Part shown: piece after piece, positions 1 to 12,164 of the stretch
How the letters are laid out: each line of letters begins with the position of its first letter
How positions within the stretch are numbered: the stretch's first letter is position 1
Assembly: GCA_011109175.1 (NCBI GenBank)
Contig: RDEW01000100.1
Coordinates: 1 to 64,000, forward strand
Length of the DNA stretch: 64,000 nt
Direction: 5' to 3'
Source: Dicyema japonicum
Lineage: Eukaryota; Animalia; Dicyemida
The notes under the pieces: model-generated
Told to the model about the DNA's origin: nothing
Seen by the model: the letters and a program-made list of their open reading frames with translations, nothing else
The model's database searches: none
Translations under genes and position numbers: made by a program

Positions 1-640
1 CAGGCTGACTAAAGTAAAGCGCAAAATCTTACTCGTAATTGACCAATTTCCATCTCACAAGATTTTTACAATTTTACAATAAGCTGAAATAATGGTTTTA
101 CCGCCAAAAAAATTATGTTTTTTACAGCCGATGGACCCATGAGTCATTAAGACATTCAAGGAGCTATTCAATAAATTCAAATTTCTCGAAATTATTGAAA
201 AAATTGAACTCAGGAAATAATCATACGAGGCATGTAGAAAATAAACCTTAAGGATGCTATAAATTATGCTATATTTAAGGATGTCATCAAGCATGGCGAA
301 GCTAAGTAGTACAATAATTGACTGTCTTCGACATGCTAAATGGACCCAAATGGAAATTAATGACGAGTTTTCTTTTAAAACTTATCAAGAATTCGTGTCA
401 AGACTGCAAATAATTATCCAACTCCAAAAGATGAGCTTCTCCTCTATGAGTATATTGAGAATGAAACAATCCTGGAAAGGATTAAAATGATGATGAAGTC
501 ACCGAATGCATTAATGGTGGAGAACAAAAGAATGAACTAGTCGTTTTAGACTACGATGCAGTACATCGAGGAAGTACTTCAAACAGGTGGATGAAGTTTA
601 TATCTTCAATCACTTAATGATGTTAGTAGAAACATCAAAA
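1..640 (+). mobile_element. Decayed pogo/Tigger-type (Tc1/mariner, DDE_1) transposase fragment
   Basis: Manual translation gives KRKILLVIDQFPSHK...VLPPKKLCFLQPMDP*VIKTFK, matching the pogo pattern RKILLLLDN..AH...FLPPN.TS.LQPMDQG.IK.FK. Contains stops and frameshifts; cut by the window edge. Confidence 0.75.
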
Positions 641-1437
641 CGAATATTAAAACGAGAATAATTGATTTTTAATGGAAATTAATGTTTTCATTTTTTAATT
701 AGTCTTTAAAAAATTTTTTTTAAATTACAATTTTTATAATTTTCAAAATAACAAAATGAATAATTAATTAACACAGCTATCCAACCACGTCTTTAAAATT
801 AAAAAAAATGCATTTTATTAATTTATAAAAAATTCAAATTTGCCTCACGAATCGTCCAAACTCTCGAATCCGCCGTAATTTCTAAGGTTTCAAATTGACT
901 GTATATTTAACAAATGTGACCTGTATTGTATTAGCTATTTAAATATACCGTAATATAGATTCGATCTCTCTTATTTCCACTATTGACTGGATGGGAGACA
1001 CTATTTATTTGTAACTTAAAGAAGTTTCCCATTCCACAACAACGCTTTGTCGTAGATAGCACACATTCATATATGTTGGGATATTTCCATTTAACAAGTT
1101 TTGAACAACTAACAAATATACTCATGTCCAAGTTGGAGAGTCCGCATTAAATCCTTATCGCACGTGACAATTCATTGTTTTTTGTGGCATACCCTGTTTT
1201 TCCTCTAACGATTTGTGGCAAGTGGGATTCCAACCAGACACTGGTACATCTGTGTTCCATTAGGTGGAGATTCTAATATAGTTCAATTCAACTACGAGGC
1301 TCTATTAATCGCTTAACTAAATCAGCCCCGACCACAAGGTTATTAATCTCTCATAACACTAATTACCGATAAATCAACGTATCTCGCAAAACATAAATAT
1401 TAACAAAAAAAGAATGTATCAATAGCGAGTCAGAATA

Positions 1438-2361
1438 TTAAGCCAGAACAGTTCCTTTAGCTTTGGCATTTTGCTTAGCCTAAGGTCTCTGTCAGCCATA
1501 GTAGTAGACAGTTAATCCCTCTGTCATTAGTCAACGAAATCCATGGAGTATTCCCTCGTCCAATAATAAATATATTTTGCATCCTAATCTCATTCAACCA
1601 CCAAACCGAGTACAAAACTTGTTATGAGCCTGATCTTCCACATACAAAATGTCAACACACCAAGATGTCCCTCAATCTTGTTGACCACCCAACTCTACCA
1701 AGGTTACGTCCCCGGATATGATGCACAGATTACCTGAGATGAAAAATAACACCAACCTTTTTCCATGCTTATGTGGTCCCTAATTTCCCTCGTGGCCAAA
1801 TGGAGCATTATCGTGTCATTAGCCTTTACTGCGGGGTTTGGAAAACGGATTGTCCGACCGTCATATGTGTAGAGATATGGGATCTTTTGAGGTCCAATTG
1901 TAGTTTCTTGCAGAGCTTCACCTGGAGAGATGAGAATCTTTGTATACCTCAGCCTCAGCTTCTCCTATTGGAGTCGGCTTGAATCTTCCCTTGGCATCGT
2001 AGAGCATCCTGTAGTGCTTGTTCACCTTGGAGAGGAGATCACGTCTGCCATAGGAGAACTAAGCTTACCCATAAGTCCGATCGGAAAGAGATGGTATTTT
2101 CTGATTTTCTTGTCGACCATTACGACCTTCTTTTGGCTATTTTCTTTGTCTCCTGGTAGTTAAAGGAAAATTTTAAGTATTCTCTAAGTACCAGTGCTAT
2201 CGGAATACACACTAGCTGTTTGTGAGGTCCTGATCTTGGTTTTGGGGCAAACACTCCGCCCAAGTCACTAAGCATCCACTTTTTTAGCATTAACTCGTTT
2301 CAAATGTCTCTTTATTCCTTTAACACCCTTTATGGATATTAAGTATAAACGTGCCAACCAT
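1438..2361 (-). pseudogene. RPS4: 40S ribosomal protein S4 (eS4) with 5 micro-introns and at least 8 frame disruptions (pseudogene or consensus errors)
   Basis: Spliced, frame-corrected translation: M-GVKGIKRHLKRVNA.KKWMLSDLGGVFAPKPRSGPHK...MVDKKIRKYHLFPIGLMDVIS...YRMLYDAKGRF...YDGRTIRFPNP...GNLCIISG.RNLGRVG...NIFIIGRGNTPWISL. GT-AG introns at 2328-2358 (31 nt, directly after ATG), 2045-2068, 1922-1947, 1734-1756 and 1584-1606. Confidence 0.92.
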
Positions 2362-2479
2362 ATCAGCACGATTAAATTTATTCAATTCAAATTATTATAT
2401 TAATTAAAATTTCAATTAAATATAATTATTTTTAATAGGTGATCAGAATTAACTTTTTATAGACAGGTGCTAACTTAGA

Positions 2480-3140
2480 ATTTTTCATTTCATAAAGTCG
2501 TTATGTAGACTGACAGTTGATAGTTACCACAAAATAGTTTGTCCCATACTTTGTAGCGTTGTCTCATCACAACGAAGCTTGATGTATTCCGTAGAATTGA
2601 AAAAATGATTTTCCAACAAACACAATAAAAAAAGCGGACTAATCACGTGATCCCTACATGTTACAGTATTGATTTCATTTTCCCCGGAGCCCATATATGA
2701 ATTTATTGGCCGTTGTACCAGATGATCATAGTTACATGGACACATCCCTTAGGTTTACGAATCAAGGATTCCGGAAAAGTTTGTGAGAAAAAATTTTTTC
2801 GCTCCGTCACTTTGAAACGCCCTTTCAGGGGAGCTTCGACCTTCAGGTATCTTTTGCATTATTCTACGACTGTTAGGCGAAACTCTGACATTTTGCCTAA
2901 AGAAATTTTACAACTGAAAATCTGGTCTACCAATCGGAAACCCAATGGTGTGACATAGTAAAGTTTCTCGGTGGTTCTTCGGATACCCAATGCTGGTGGT
3001 TTTTCAGAATCCCAATGCCGGAACATTGTAAAGTTTCTCGCTGAACGGATGTTTTCGAATGTTTTTGAAACAATTTCAAGAGAACATTGTTTTAATGATC
3101 GGCGAAACTGACGTAGGTAACATAGGTTATCCATATTTGA
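2480..3140 (-). mobile_element. Degenerate Tc1/mariner-like transposase relic
   Basis: Weak motif echoes: TERKNF (~SDEKKF), GCVHVTMIIWYNGQ...GKMKS (~GSVMVWG.I.YNG...GKMNS), DNATK (~DNAP.H). Many stops. Confidence 0.4.
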
Positions 3141-3689
3141 ATGGTATAGAAGACAATCTTTATTAATTTAAAAACCAAAGGAATGTAATCCATTACTAAA
3201 ATTTCAAAGGACATAATCCGGGAATATTCATTTATTAACAAAATATTTAACGGAAATTGAATCAAAAAAATTTGAAATTCTAAACCTATAATTTATTAAA
3301 GAATGCTGATTCTTTAGAAGCTCCAATGCCTCCAATTTTGAATATGTAAAACTGAAATTCAACTAAGACCATCCGTTCCTTCGCCCAATTTGTGCAAGTG
3401 TGTGCTCGAAGATGAAATCACATTAATATTTCTTAAATAAATGTATATTCAAAAATGAATGACACACTTATCTTTAGTAAGTCATAAATCTACTGAAAAT
3501 AAAGAAATAGTACAATCTACTGAATTTTGCTAGCTTTACTATTACTGATTGATCTACGTGTTTTAAATATAAAAAATATAAATTTTTGTTGTGACGTGCA
3601 TATTAGTTTCAACTGAGATTTCCACTGGACCTATCTACGAAAGACCCTAAAGAGAAACCATTAATAACGTAGATTGAATGGTTCCTGAG

Positions 3690-3890
3690 CTGTGCAGATC
3701 ACAAAAATGTGATGTAAAAACCCCAATCTGTTGTCGCAACCAAATAACTATGCCAACCTTCTCTCTATATGCAATCATTGATACATCAAGTATGATGACA
3801 AAGTCAAGTGGGCCTCTGATGTGGTCGAGTCTGCTCAAAGAAGATTCAGAGAATTCCTCATGGATAATGTTGAGGATGAGAAAGGTGTGT
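3690..3890 (+). pseudogene. Fragment of an unidentified gene, paralogous to 29887-30090
   Basis: Codon-level similarity to the minus-strand copy: AIIDT(I)KYDDKVKWASDVVESAQRRFREFL versus AIIDTIKYSEIVIWPSDVVEAAQR. One base is missing and the intron ends have decayed. Confidence 0.45.
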
Positions 3891-3975
3891 CTTTTAATGT
3901 GCCTTTAATATTAAAACAATCCTAAAATTCGAATGTAATTTCAAAATTCATGACTAATTAATTTTCCTTTTTTTA

Positions 3976-4137
3976 TGCAAATGCCTGGCAAAAGGTTTGT
4001 TTGCTCCTAGTTCGAATCTCGCTGCTGCACATTCCGGCTGAAGGTTCCACATATTCACGATGCTTTGGCTTGACGAGTGACGCCGTCAGCAGTGAACCGG
4101 ATCGTCTAAAAAAACTCAACCAACAAAAAAAAAAACA
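3976..4137 (+). mobile_element. tRNA-derived SINE, copy 1
   Basis: B-box-like GTTCGAATCTC at ~4010, then the body shared with copies at ~28.9, 47.6, 49.0 and 52.5 kb (ctcgctg...aggttcc...gatgct...ggcttgacgagtgacgccgtca...gaacc), then an A-rich tail. Confidence 0.75.
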
Positions 4138-5789
4138 ATCTTTAGTTCTCCTCTACGATTAGTTATCACAACTGTTCTTTGATCTCATGCCTGGAAGAAG
4201 CTATAGCTAATATGGCTCTTCGTAAAGTGCAGTATTATTAAATCTAAGATGGCAAGAATGAATGTTAAGACAAATTTAATTTTATTAAAGAACGCAGTTA
4301 ACTAATAAATATCCAATGATTTATGTGATATGAACATGAAAAGAACAAATTCCACTTTATTTGAAAAGAGATCAGATTAGAGAGGAGAGACAAACAATTT
4401 CAATGTTTGATAACGTGACGTCATACTTTAAAGTCATTTAAAATGACTTCGACAATTTAATTTCTTATAAAATTATATTCCAAAATTCTCAATAATCTAG
4501 TCATCCGCTTTTAAACCTTGGTTTGATTTACTGACTTGCTGTATTTGATCAAACAACCAATATGAGAATATCACGAATGACAAAATGAAAAACATGCAGT
4601 TAAAACCTGATAATATAGGGACATTTAAATCTTGAATATTAGGTTATATGACTAGTTTGAACGATTTCAAAATTTACACACTCAAGTATATTATTCTATT
4701 GATTAAGCAATTTTGTAAATATATCCACCCATGCCTAAATAATCAATCTTTATGATTACGTAATAAATCCAGAAAATTGAAAGGTATCGACTAAATATTT
4801 CCCCCCACATGTCAGGTACATAGTAGAGCCTACGTTTGGGAATGTTTGAAAAATATATGGCAAAAGGATCGACGTAGAAAATGTGGAATAATTGTGAATT
4901 ATGGTTAGAATGATTTTAAAACTAGTGGCGCTTGGTGGTGGTTGAATATAATTATAAAAATCCAACTTTCATTGATTGTCTCAAAATTGCATTATAGTCC
5001 AAAACAATGAGTATTTACGTTGCTCAATAATTCTATCATCCTTTAGATGCGAATGTAGAGATCAATTCTTTCCATAAAAGTGGGGGACAGAGGATAATAT
5101 TAAAAAAGACCATAAATGCACATTCTGGAAACGCCAATTCATCTAAACGGTGGAGAGACTAGGTATAATTCAATATTTACTATTTTGTAATCTCATTGTT
5201 TTTTGCAGTTTTAATATTTTGATTTTTATGAATTTTCATTAATTTCTGAATTTTTTTTGAAATAAATTAATTATAACTAGTAGTGTTGTGAAATTAAGTT
5301 GAGAGTAATAATATATAAAATAAACAGAAATGAGCAAAATTTGCAAAATTTAAAAACGTCTTTATGTGGATTAAGTGCAGTTTTCCGTTTAAGTAAATCT
5401 TATTATTAATGATAAAATTAAGCCTTTAAGTTATGTACGTTTCAATTGTAAAAGTTTCATAAAAATATTGGTCAAATTTTATAAATTATTTTTTAAAAAC
5501 TGTAGTTTGAGGTGAAATGTATTCGTTGCCTAATAATATTATAAACTGAGAAATTGTATTATAGTGAATTATGTTTGCATTTGTTGACTTTTATGTTTAC
5601 AAATAAAGTTAGTGAATGTTCGATTATTTACAGTAAATCTATGTATTTGATTTAGTTTATATATTCGAAATTATTTAATTATTACGTTATTTATTGTTAT
5701 TAAAAATTATCTAATATTTTCATAATTTTAATAATTTATTTTAAATTATCATAGATCACCAAATTAATTTTATAAAAACATTAGCAACA

Positions 5790-6530
5790 AATCAGGTTTC
5801 TGCACCAACAAGGAAAAAAGACATTGCCACAGAAGATGCCAATGAATCCCATCTCTGTTCGCAGGATCCATGAGTCGTGCCGCAATTTAATTACTGATTC
5901 CGTTAATGACTCTTTTACTAATTCTTCCAACCGATCATAGTTTCGAAATGGGTTGAGAGATTACGGAAACCTTCTTTGAGGAAAAAGTAATTATTTAGTT
6001 TTCTTTGTTTGGCAGACTCGGCATTAAGAGAGACATGAGATGTCAATGGAAGACGTAAAGGAGTGAACGAACGTCAAATTTTGCATGAAAGATCTTCACA
6101 CGAGAATAAAAAATGGCCTCTTTATCTTGTTGATTTGGTGTGAGTAAGAAATTTCTCGTAGGGCCCTACTTTAGAATTTCAATCATTTGTCTTCCTTCTC
6201 GTTAATTCTTAACGAGACATTGCAAATCCTGTTTGAAGGCTGACTTTTCAATTCTTATGGTTTAAGATACGCCGGCTTCTCTTCCAATAAACTAATCAGA
6301 ATCCTCCCTTCCGAGGGATATTCAGGTAACCTCGCTCGTCTTCGACTTACGTATGTAAACTGAATCATATAGAAGATGTCTTCTATTTGTTTTGCAACAT
6401 CTACTAGTTGACAGTAAACCACCTTTTTGATATCCTGATTTAATACAATGTTGGTCTACAATGGCAAGACTGTCCGATCTATGGGAGTAATACATTTGAT
6501 GCGTCTTATTTAAAAGCCGCTGATCTCATA
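5790..6530 (-). mobile_element. Highly decayed R4-like LINE N-terminal relic
   Basis: Fragmentary motifs only, e.g. RDGIHWHL (~PDGIH.FW). No intact ORF. Confidence 0.3.
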
Positions 6531-6849
6531 AAGTTAGTGAGGGGCGGTTACTTAACTAGCTAAGTTTTAAGATAAAATAGTATTTATCAGCAAAAGATTG
6601 GTTATCGAACCGAGATAGCTTCCTTAGAATGACATGGTTCATTGCTTGGAGTTGGCAAGCTCGTATGACATTGGAGGTTCCCAAAATGATGAATTTACAT
6701 AATTATAAAAGTCAAAAAAATCAATTGTCCTCATTGAGATCCCCAAATTATTCATTCTAAACTTTTCTCTGATAAAACAATTTTGTAATAACTAAATTAT
6801 TTTTAGTAAAGAAAGTGGTCGAAAACCCAGACAAAAATTTCAAACGAGC

Positions 6850-8440
6850 CCGTCGAACTGAATGAGCCTCTGGATTTCAATGATTTGGACAACCTCCTGC
6901 TCTTCTTGTCGGATCTATTAAAAGTCAGGAAAATTCCGATCAGGATCCCAAGACTCGTCCAGATCCGCGGTTACATTGACGATGTCCTCACGTCCGACGA
7001 CCAATAGGCTTTGCAAAAACTACTCAGTTTCACCCCGATGGCACTTGGAATTCTATTTATCGACTCAAAAGAAGATCAACGGAACAGGACAACTCCCTTT
7101 TCTCAAAAATATAGAAGAACATACAGGTTTTTTATATTCATTCTTTTACCAAACCAAGTCTGAAACCAAAACATCCTTATGCCAATCCTACGGTTTCTTC
7201 TAATGACCCAGAATCTTGGAGAGAGTAAATCGTAAACTATTTGAAGGCGACGTTTGAGCGACGTTGCGCGTCGTTGCCAGCGACGATACTGTCAGCGCCT
7301 GAAGTGCTTGAACTGCTGAGACGAAAACATCCATGTCCTCGGCAGACTACTGGCCATTTGTGTTCCGGTAAATGTGCCAAGGACGACCGTCACCAAAGGC
7401 GTAGTGCGACGCGGCATTTCGTAGTAGCAGTGGAGGTCTCGATGTCTGACGGCCAGGTCACATCAATGATCTTTCGGCCGGGGCTAATGCAGAATCTGGC
7501 TGCAACCTTGTCAAATCAATTACAAAACTGGTTATGCGTATTTTGAACGGAGATATTCCTACTCACGCAAGGAGCTTATTATCACTGCACTTTTACTGGC
7601 TTTCAAACAACCCGAAGGCGGGTCTGCCGCATCGCAGTCGGAAACTATTTCAGAAGAGTGACAGCGAAAATCGCATGCCGTATTGTCTGTCCGAGAATAT
7701 CTGAAGAATTTTCCCTCCTCCAACTGGAAATCGGTGTAAGGAACGGATACGAAGCGCTGTGCATGCTGCGATGTGTTTCTTTAGACAGAAAAACAAACAA
7801 ACCCACACAAGCTGCACATCTGCAACACCTTCAATTCTCTGCGGAAGGATCAACTTTTCGAAAATGAAACTTACTCCACCTGTCTACCTCGCAGACGGAA
7901 CCATCGCTTCATGGTTTTCTGGAAAAGATTATTTGTTCTGAGACTGGAGTCTGACAAGGGGACTCACTTGGTCCCTTTCTCTTCGCTCTGGCCATCGATG
8001 AACTTTATTAACATAGAACGAAACCTCTGGTATCTTGATGACGCCACGATCGGAGGGCCGTGGAGAAAAGTTCATGGAGTTTTGTCACATGCCGTGCCGG
8101 CACTACGAAACATCGGACATGAGATGATTATAAAAAAATCGGAGCTAATATATATTACATACTCAGAGAGTGATTTTTTCAACTTGGTCGAGTTTTTCAA
8201 CTCGCTACTACCTGGAATTACTGTGGTACCCAGGGAGCAGATATACTTTCTTTGATGTTTAATTGACGAAAAGGAACTGTTGTCGTCGAGATAGGTGAGT
8301 CTTACGGCCCAAGGACGGTTGCTTTTCTAAGATCTCTTGAGTCCCCATGATGACGAAGTTAGCAATGAGAGTGAGTGACAGCTCCAAAGTATTTCTCTGC
8401 AAGTTGTCAGGAAACGTCATTTCATTTATCAGATGGATTA
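6850..8440 (+). mobile_element. CRE-clade non-LTR retrotransposon relic (RT domain)
   Basis: SSSGGLDV*RPGHINDL, RIAVGNYFRRVTAKIAC, QLEIGVRNGYEA, GV*QGDSLGPFLFALAID and NLWYLDDATIGG are typical CRE RT motifs. Stops and frameshifts present. Confidence 0.8.
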
Positions 8441-8500
8441 TTTTTATTGTCTTGTTACGTAATAAAATCGTTTTTAAAATAATTAACTTTTTATCTAAGG

Positions 8501-8770
8501 CAGTGGTTCTCAACCTAGGGTCCGCGAGATACTTCTGAACCATTATTTTTAGAGTATGTTTGTCGACAAACGAGTCCTCAAAATTAAAAAAATTTCCTCA
8601 AAAAAACAACATCAACCTACTCATTAATTTATTTCCTTTTTTAATAACAAATTGTGTTTTTAGAAAAATAATAATTTTTTGACAAAAAACTTGCAAAAGT
8701 ATGTTGGGGGTCCGGAATTTTTTTATTCACTCACAAGGAGTCCGCGACCAAAAAAAGTAAAGAACCACTG
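8501..8770. mobile_element. hAT (Buster/Charlie-type) MITE, 270 bp
   Basis: Ends CAGTGGTTCTCAAC...AAAGAACCACTG. Perfect 8-bp TSD ATCTAAGG at 8493-8500 and 8771-8778, with central TA as expected for Buster-type hATs. Confidence 0.9.
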
Positions 8771-8968
8771 ATCTAAGGGGAAGTTTTAGAAATCATTACT
8801 AAATTCTTGCTCTCTGTGACGTTATCTACAATGTCGTATCGTAAAGATCATTCGATCGGTTTTCTTAAAATTTGACTTTTCCAAATGATACGACTACTTA
8901 GTTAGATCTGGAAGTGTTTTATTTATGAATCCTCGTTTATCCTTATAATAATGAAGAAGATAAACAAA

Positions 8969-9049
8969 GAAAATCCTTCGAGAAGAGTAGAAGCAGAAGA
9001 GCCAGGGTTTGAGTAGCTATATACGTTCAAGTATCAAGAATGAATGTGG
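8969..9049 (+). repeat. Left arm of ~81-bp inverted repeat (partner 12083-12164)
   Basis: GAAAATCCTTCGAGAAGAGTAGAAGCAGAAGAGCCAGGGTTTGAGTAGCTAT...GAATGTGG matches the reverse complement of 12083-12164 with 1 substitution and 1 indel. Confidence 0.9.
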
Positions 9050-12000
9050 GAAAAAGTGGGAAATTCTTGTCCACTTAGAGAGCCTCCTTGTGGACACCAG
9101 ATGAAGTTACGTTCCTATCTGAACAAAATCTTTCCAAATTTCCCATCATGCTTTTTTGACGACCAGAATACGGGCCATCACTTGTCTAGACCCGCCTCGA
9201 GTTCTGTACAGCATCAAATACAGCTGATGGATCTCTGGGAGCGTCCACTCTTTTCTGTAACGTTATTGTTAGGTTTCACTTGTCGAAGTGACTGAGGAAA
9301 AATTAAAATAAATTATAAAAATTTAACCAAATGTCCTTTGAGGGATTTGTATCTTTTTGATGCGAATTATGTTATTATTATGCAAAATATTAAATAATTT
9401 TACTCAATTTATTCTCATAATAATTAAGTAATCACAAATATATAAACTAACTCAAAATCTTAGATTCACCATATATTTGAAGATTCACTAACTTCATTCG
9501 TAAACATAAATTTTAAACAAATGTCAACATGATTTATTAAAATTTATTATTTCAGTAATCAAAATATCATCAGTATTTTCTGTAAACGTAAAAATTCCCG
9601 ATCTTCTAGTGTATGTGAGATTATAATCAGAAAAGTCAAAATACAAACAGTTCTCTTTAAACGAATTATATCGTTATTTGAATTTGAAATATTATTAATT
9701 TAAAAATCAATACATTTGATTAATTTTTTTACATTTAATATTATTTGAAAATTTAATAAATGACACAAAAAATTGAACATTTAAATTTAAATTCTACAAT
9801 TGATCGAATTAAAATAGAATTCTCGTAATTATGTGTCCTTAAATTTTCTTAAGCGTTACAACTGTAATTTGGGAAAAAACAAGTAAAAAAATAAGATCAG
9901 AATGTCATTAAACCGTTATAAAACATTCAAATTGAAGAAATATTCGAAAAAATGAGATTTCATAGCTAGCAGGATTATTCAATAATATAATTGGTGTTTT
10001 TGGTGTTTTCTGTTCTACGTTTTATGGATAACTTTAATCAACAGAAATAAGGAAATGTGATATTAGTGTGAGATTAACTTTTAAAATTATTTTCTTTTTG
10101 AAAATTTCAACTATAATAATATTTTCATTATTCCATAACATCTATGGATTCTCATAAATAATTTTTTGAATCACATAAAAATTAGTAGTCGAAATCAAGA
10201 ACTCTTTTTATATTAACGCCACTAAAATTTTCAGTAAACATACAAAGTAACAAAATTAAACATATCGAATAAATAAATCCTAATATTTTATTATATTGTA
10301 ATTTAAGATTATATAAAAAACAAACTAACCACGTAAACTAACGTGTTACAGTATATTTTCTCGGAACTAAAATCGTGACTGAAACGTATTGCCACGCAAA
10401 AGGAATGTCGAATCTTTTCTCTGAAGGCTATTAAAACTTTCAAACTGTGAACGAGTTGAAACGGTTCTCTATTTTTGTACAAATTCTTTTACCGATTACA
10501 CGAGAATCTATATTTTTTAGCTCAATGATACTTTATCAAATCCGGTGAATGTCATTATTGTTTTTCTATGGATGAGCTTTTCCTTAACAGGTGAAATACG
10601 TGGCGCCGCATTCAATTTCATGGAGTCATCCATGTAATAATAATAGGAAGAGAATAAAGAAATATAACAGAAAATAAAATTATTTTATGTCAAAATATAA
10701 AACATTCCTATATCTTGAGTGTTTTATAAATCAATTCACGTGCAAAATTCTTTCTGATTATTTTACGAGAATAAAAAATTATTGGGAAAGATAGAGCATT
10801 GAATTTAAAACAATTTCAGGAAATATAGAAAACAGCTAAACTTAAATAACAAAATATGTCAACTTTTTCTTTTCTTAAGCAATCTCTCAAGCGAACTGTC
10901 TAGTTTAGTATATCTATTGTTTACGGGAATTTGTTTTTATTCAATTCATTCGTCACCCACTGTTTTTTTCCTACAATTAACCACAAAGCAAGTTTATCAG
11001 ATGTGCCTCTAGTGGAACATTTTCAATTGTTAGTCAGTTCATGAATCGAATGTTGATGATTATGTAATAATATTTTTGTTTATGAGAATTGTACTGCATG
11101 TTTTAATATGTCAGTAAGATTTCTCAAAATCTAGATATTCCATTGAGTTAATATAACTGAACAGCTTTCTTTTGACCGTACAATCTTCTGTTAAAAATAC
11201 AACAGACTTGCCACATAAACTAATCGCCAATATTATCAACGTTAAACAGAATTTTATGATTTATAGTAAAAAGTTGTATTTGAATCTTTTTTTAGCCAAA
11301 ATGAAAGTTTATTCGTCATTTGAATATTTATCAACTAACTTCAACTAGCATATTTGCATATTTGACCGGTTTAAGATAAATTTTTGAATTCTATGAAAAT
11401 TTATCCACCACAGCATTCAATATTAGAGTCTTAAATATAAAACCCGCTGTTTTTCCTCATAGTAAACTTTGTCAAACTTTTTCTGACGTTCTTCTGATTA
11501 TAATGTGAAATTATGAATCCAATAGTTTTTAAATTTGCGATATCAGCTTAAGGAGAAGATATTAAGTGTACCAGAAGCAACCCAAGGTGCAAAAGGGTTA
11601 AATTAACAGTTCAATCTTCTGACCAATAAACTGCCATGTTCACTCTCCTACAAAAATATAAATTTTATTAACTACAGTAATTTCCTGGAAAACAGTCCAG
11701 GAAGTTCAAACTTTGTGTGAATCGTGCCGTTTGATAGGCAATTCTGGAGTACCAAATTGTTCAAACTTATTCGATTTCTCATCTTTCCCACTCAACTCTA
11801 TCTTAAATGTAAATTATCCAAAGACTAACGATTCGTCATATTTTCTTCTCTCGTGAGTCAGGTAGATCTCATGGAGCCTTTAAGAATTGAAGGAAGAATA
11901 ATGGTAACTGTTGGGCATGCAATATAATCGCTTTAACAAAGTTATTTTAAATTTCAATAAATTTATTTTTATTTTAAATTTCAACAAATATTTTTACTTA

Positions 12001-12082
12001 TAATTACCGAATAGTACATTTTACAACTCTGCTCCACATTTAACAAGATTTTATAAATAGTGCTAACTACCTATTCCTTTTT

Positions 12083-12164
12083 CCACATTCATTCTTGATA
12101 CTTGAACGTACATAGCTACTCAAACCCTGGCTCTTCTGCTTCTACTCTTCTCGAAGGGATTTTC
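12083..12164 (-). repeat. Right arm of ~81-bp inverted repeat (partner 8969-9049)
   Basis: Direct sequence comparison with 8969-9049. Confidence 0.9.

Noticed and set aside
4010-4110. Hammerhead or HDV-like ribozyme in the SINE body (TTGACGAG followed by a hairpin)
   Set aside because: No GAAA after the putative stem II, no C3, and no HDV nested pseudoknot could be built.
11580-11601. piggyBac end (AAGGGTTAA)
   Set aside because: No matching left end or transposase found.
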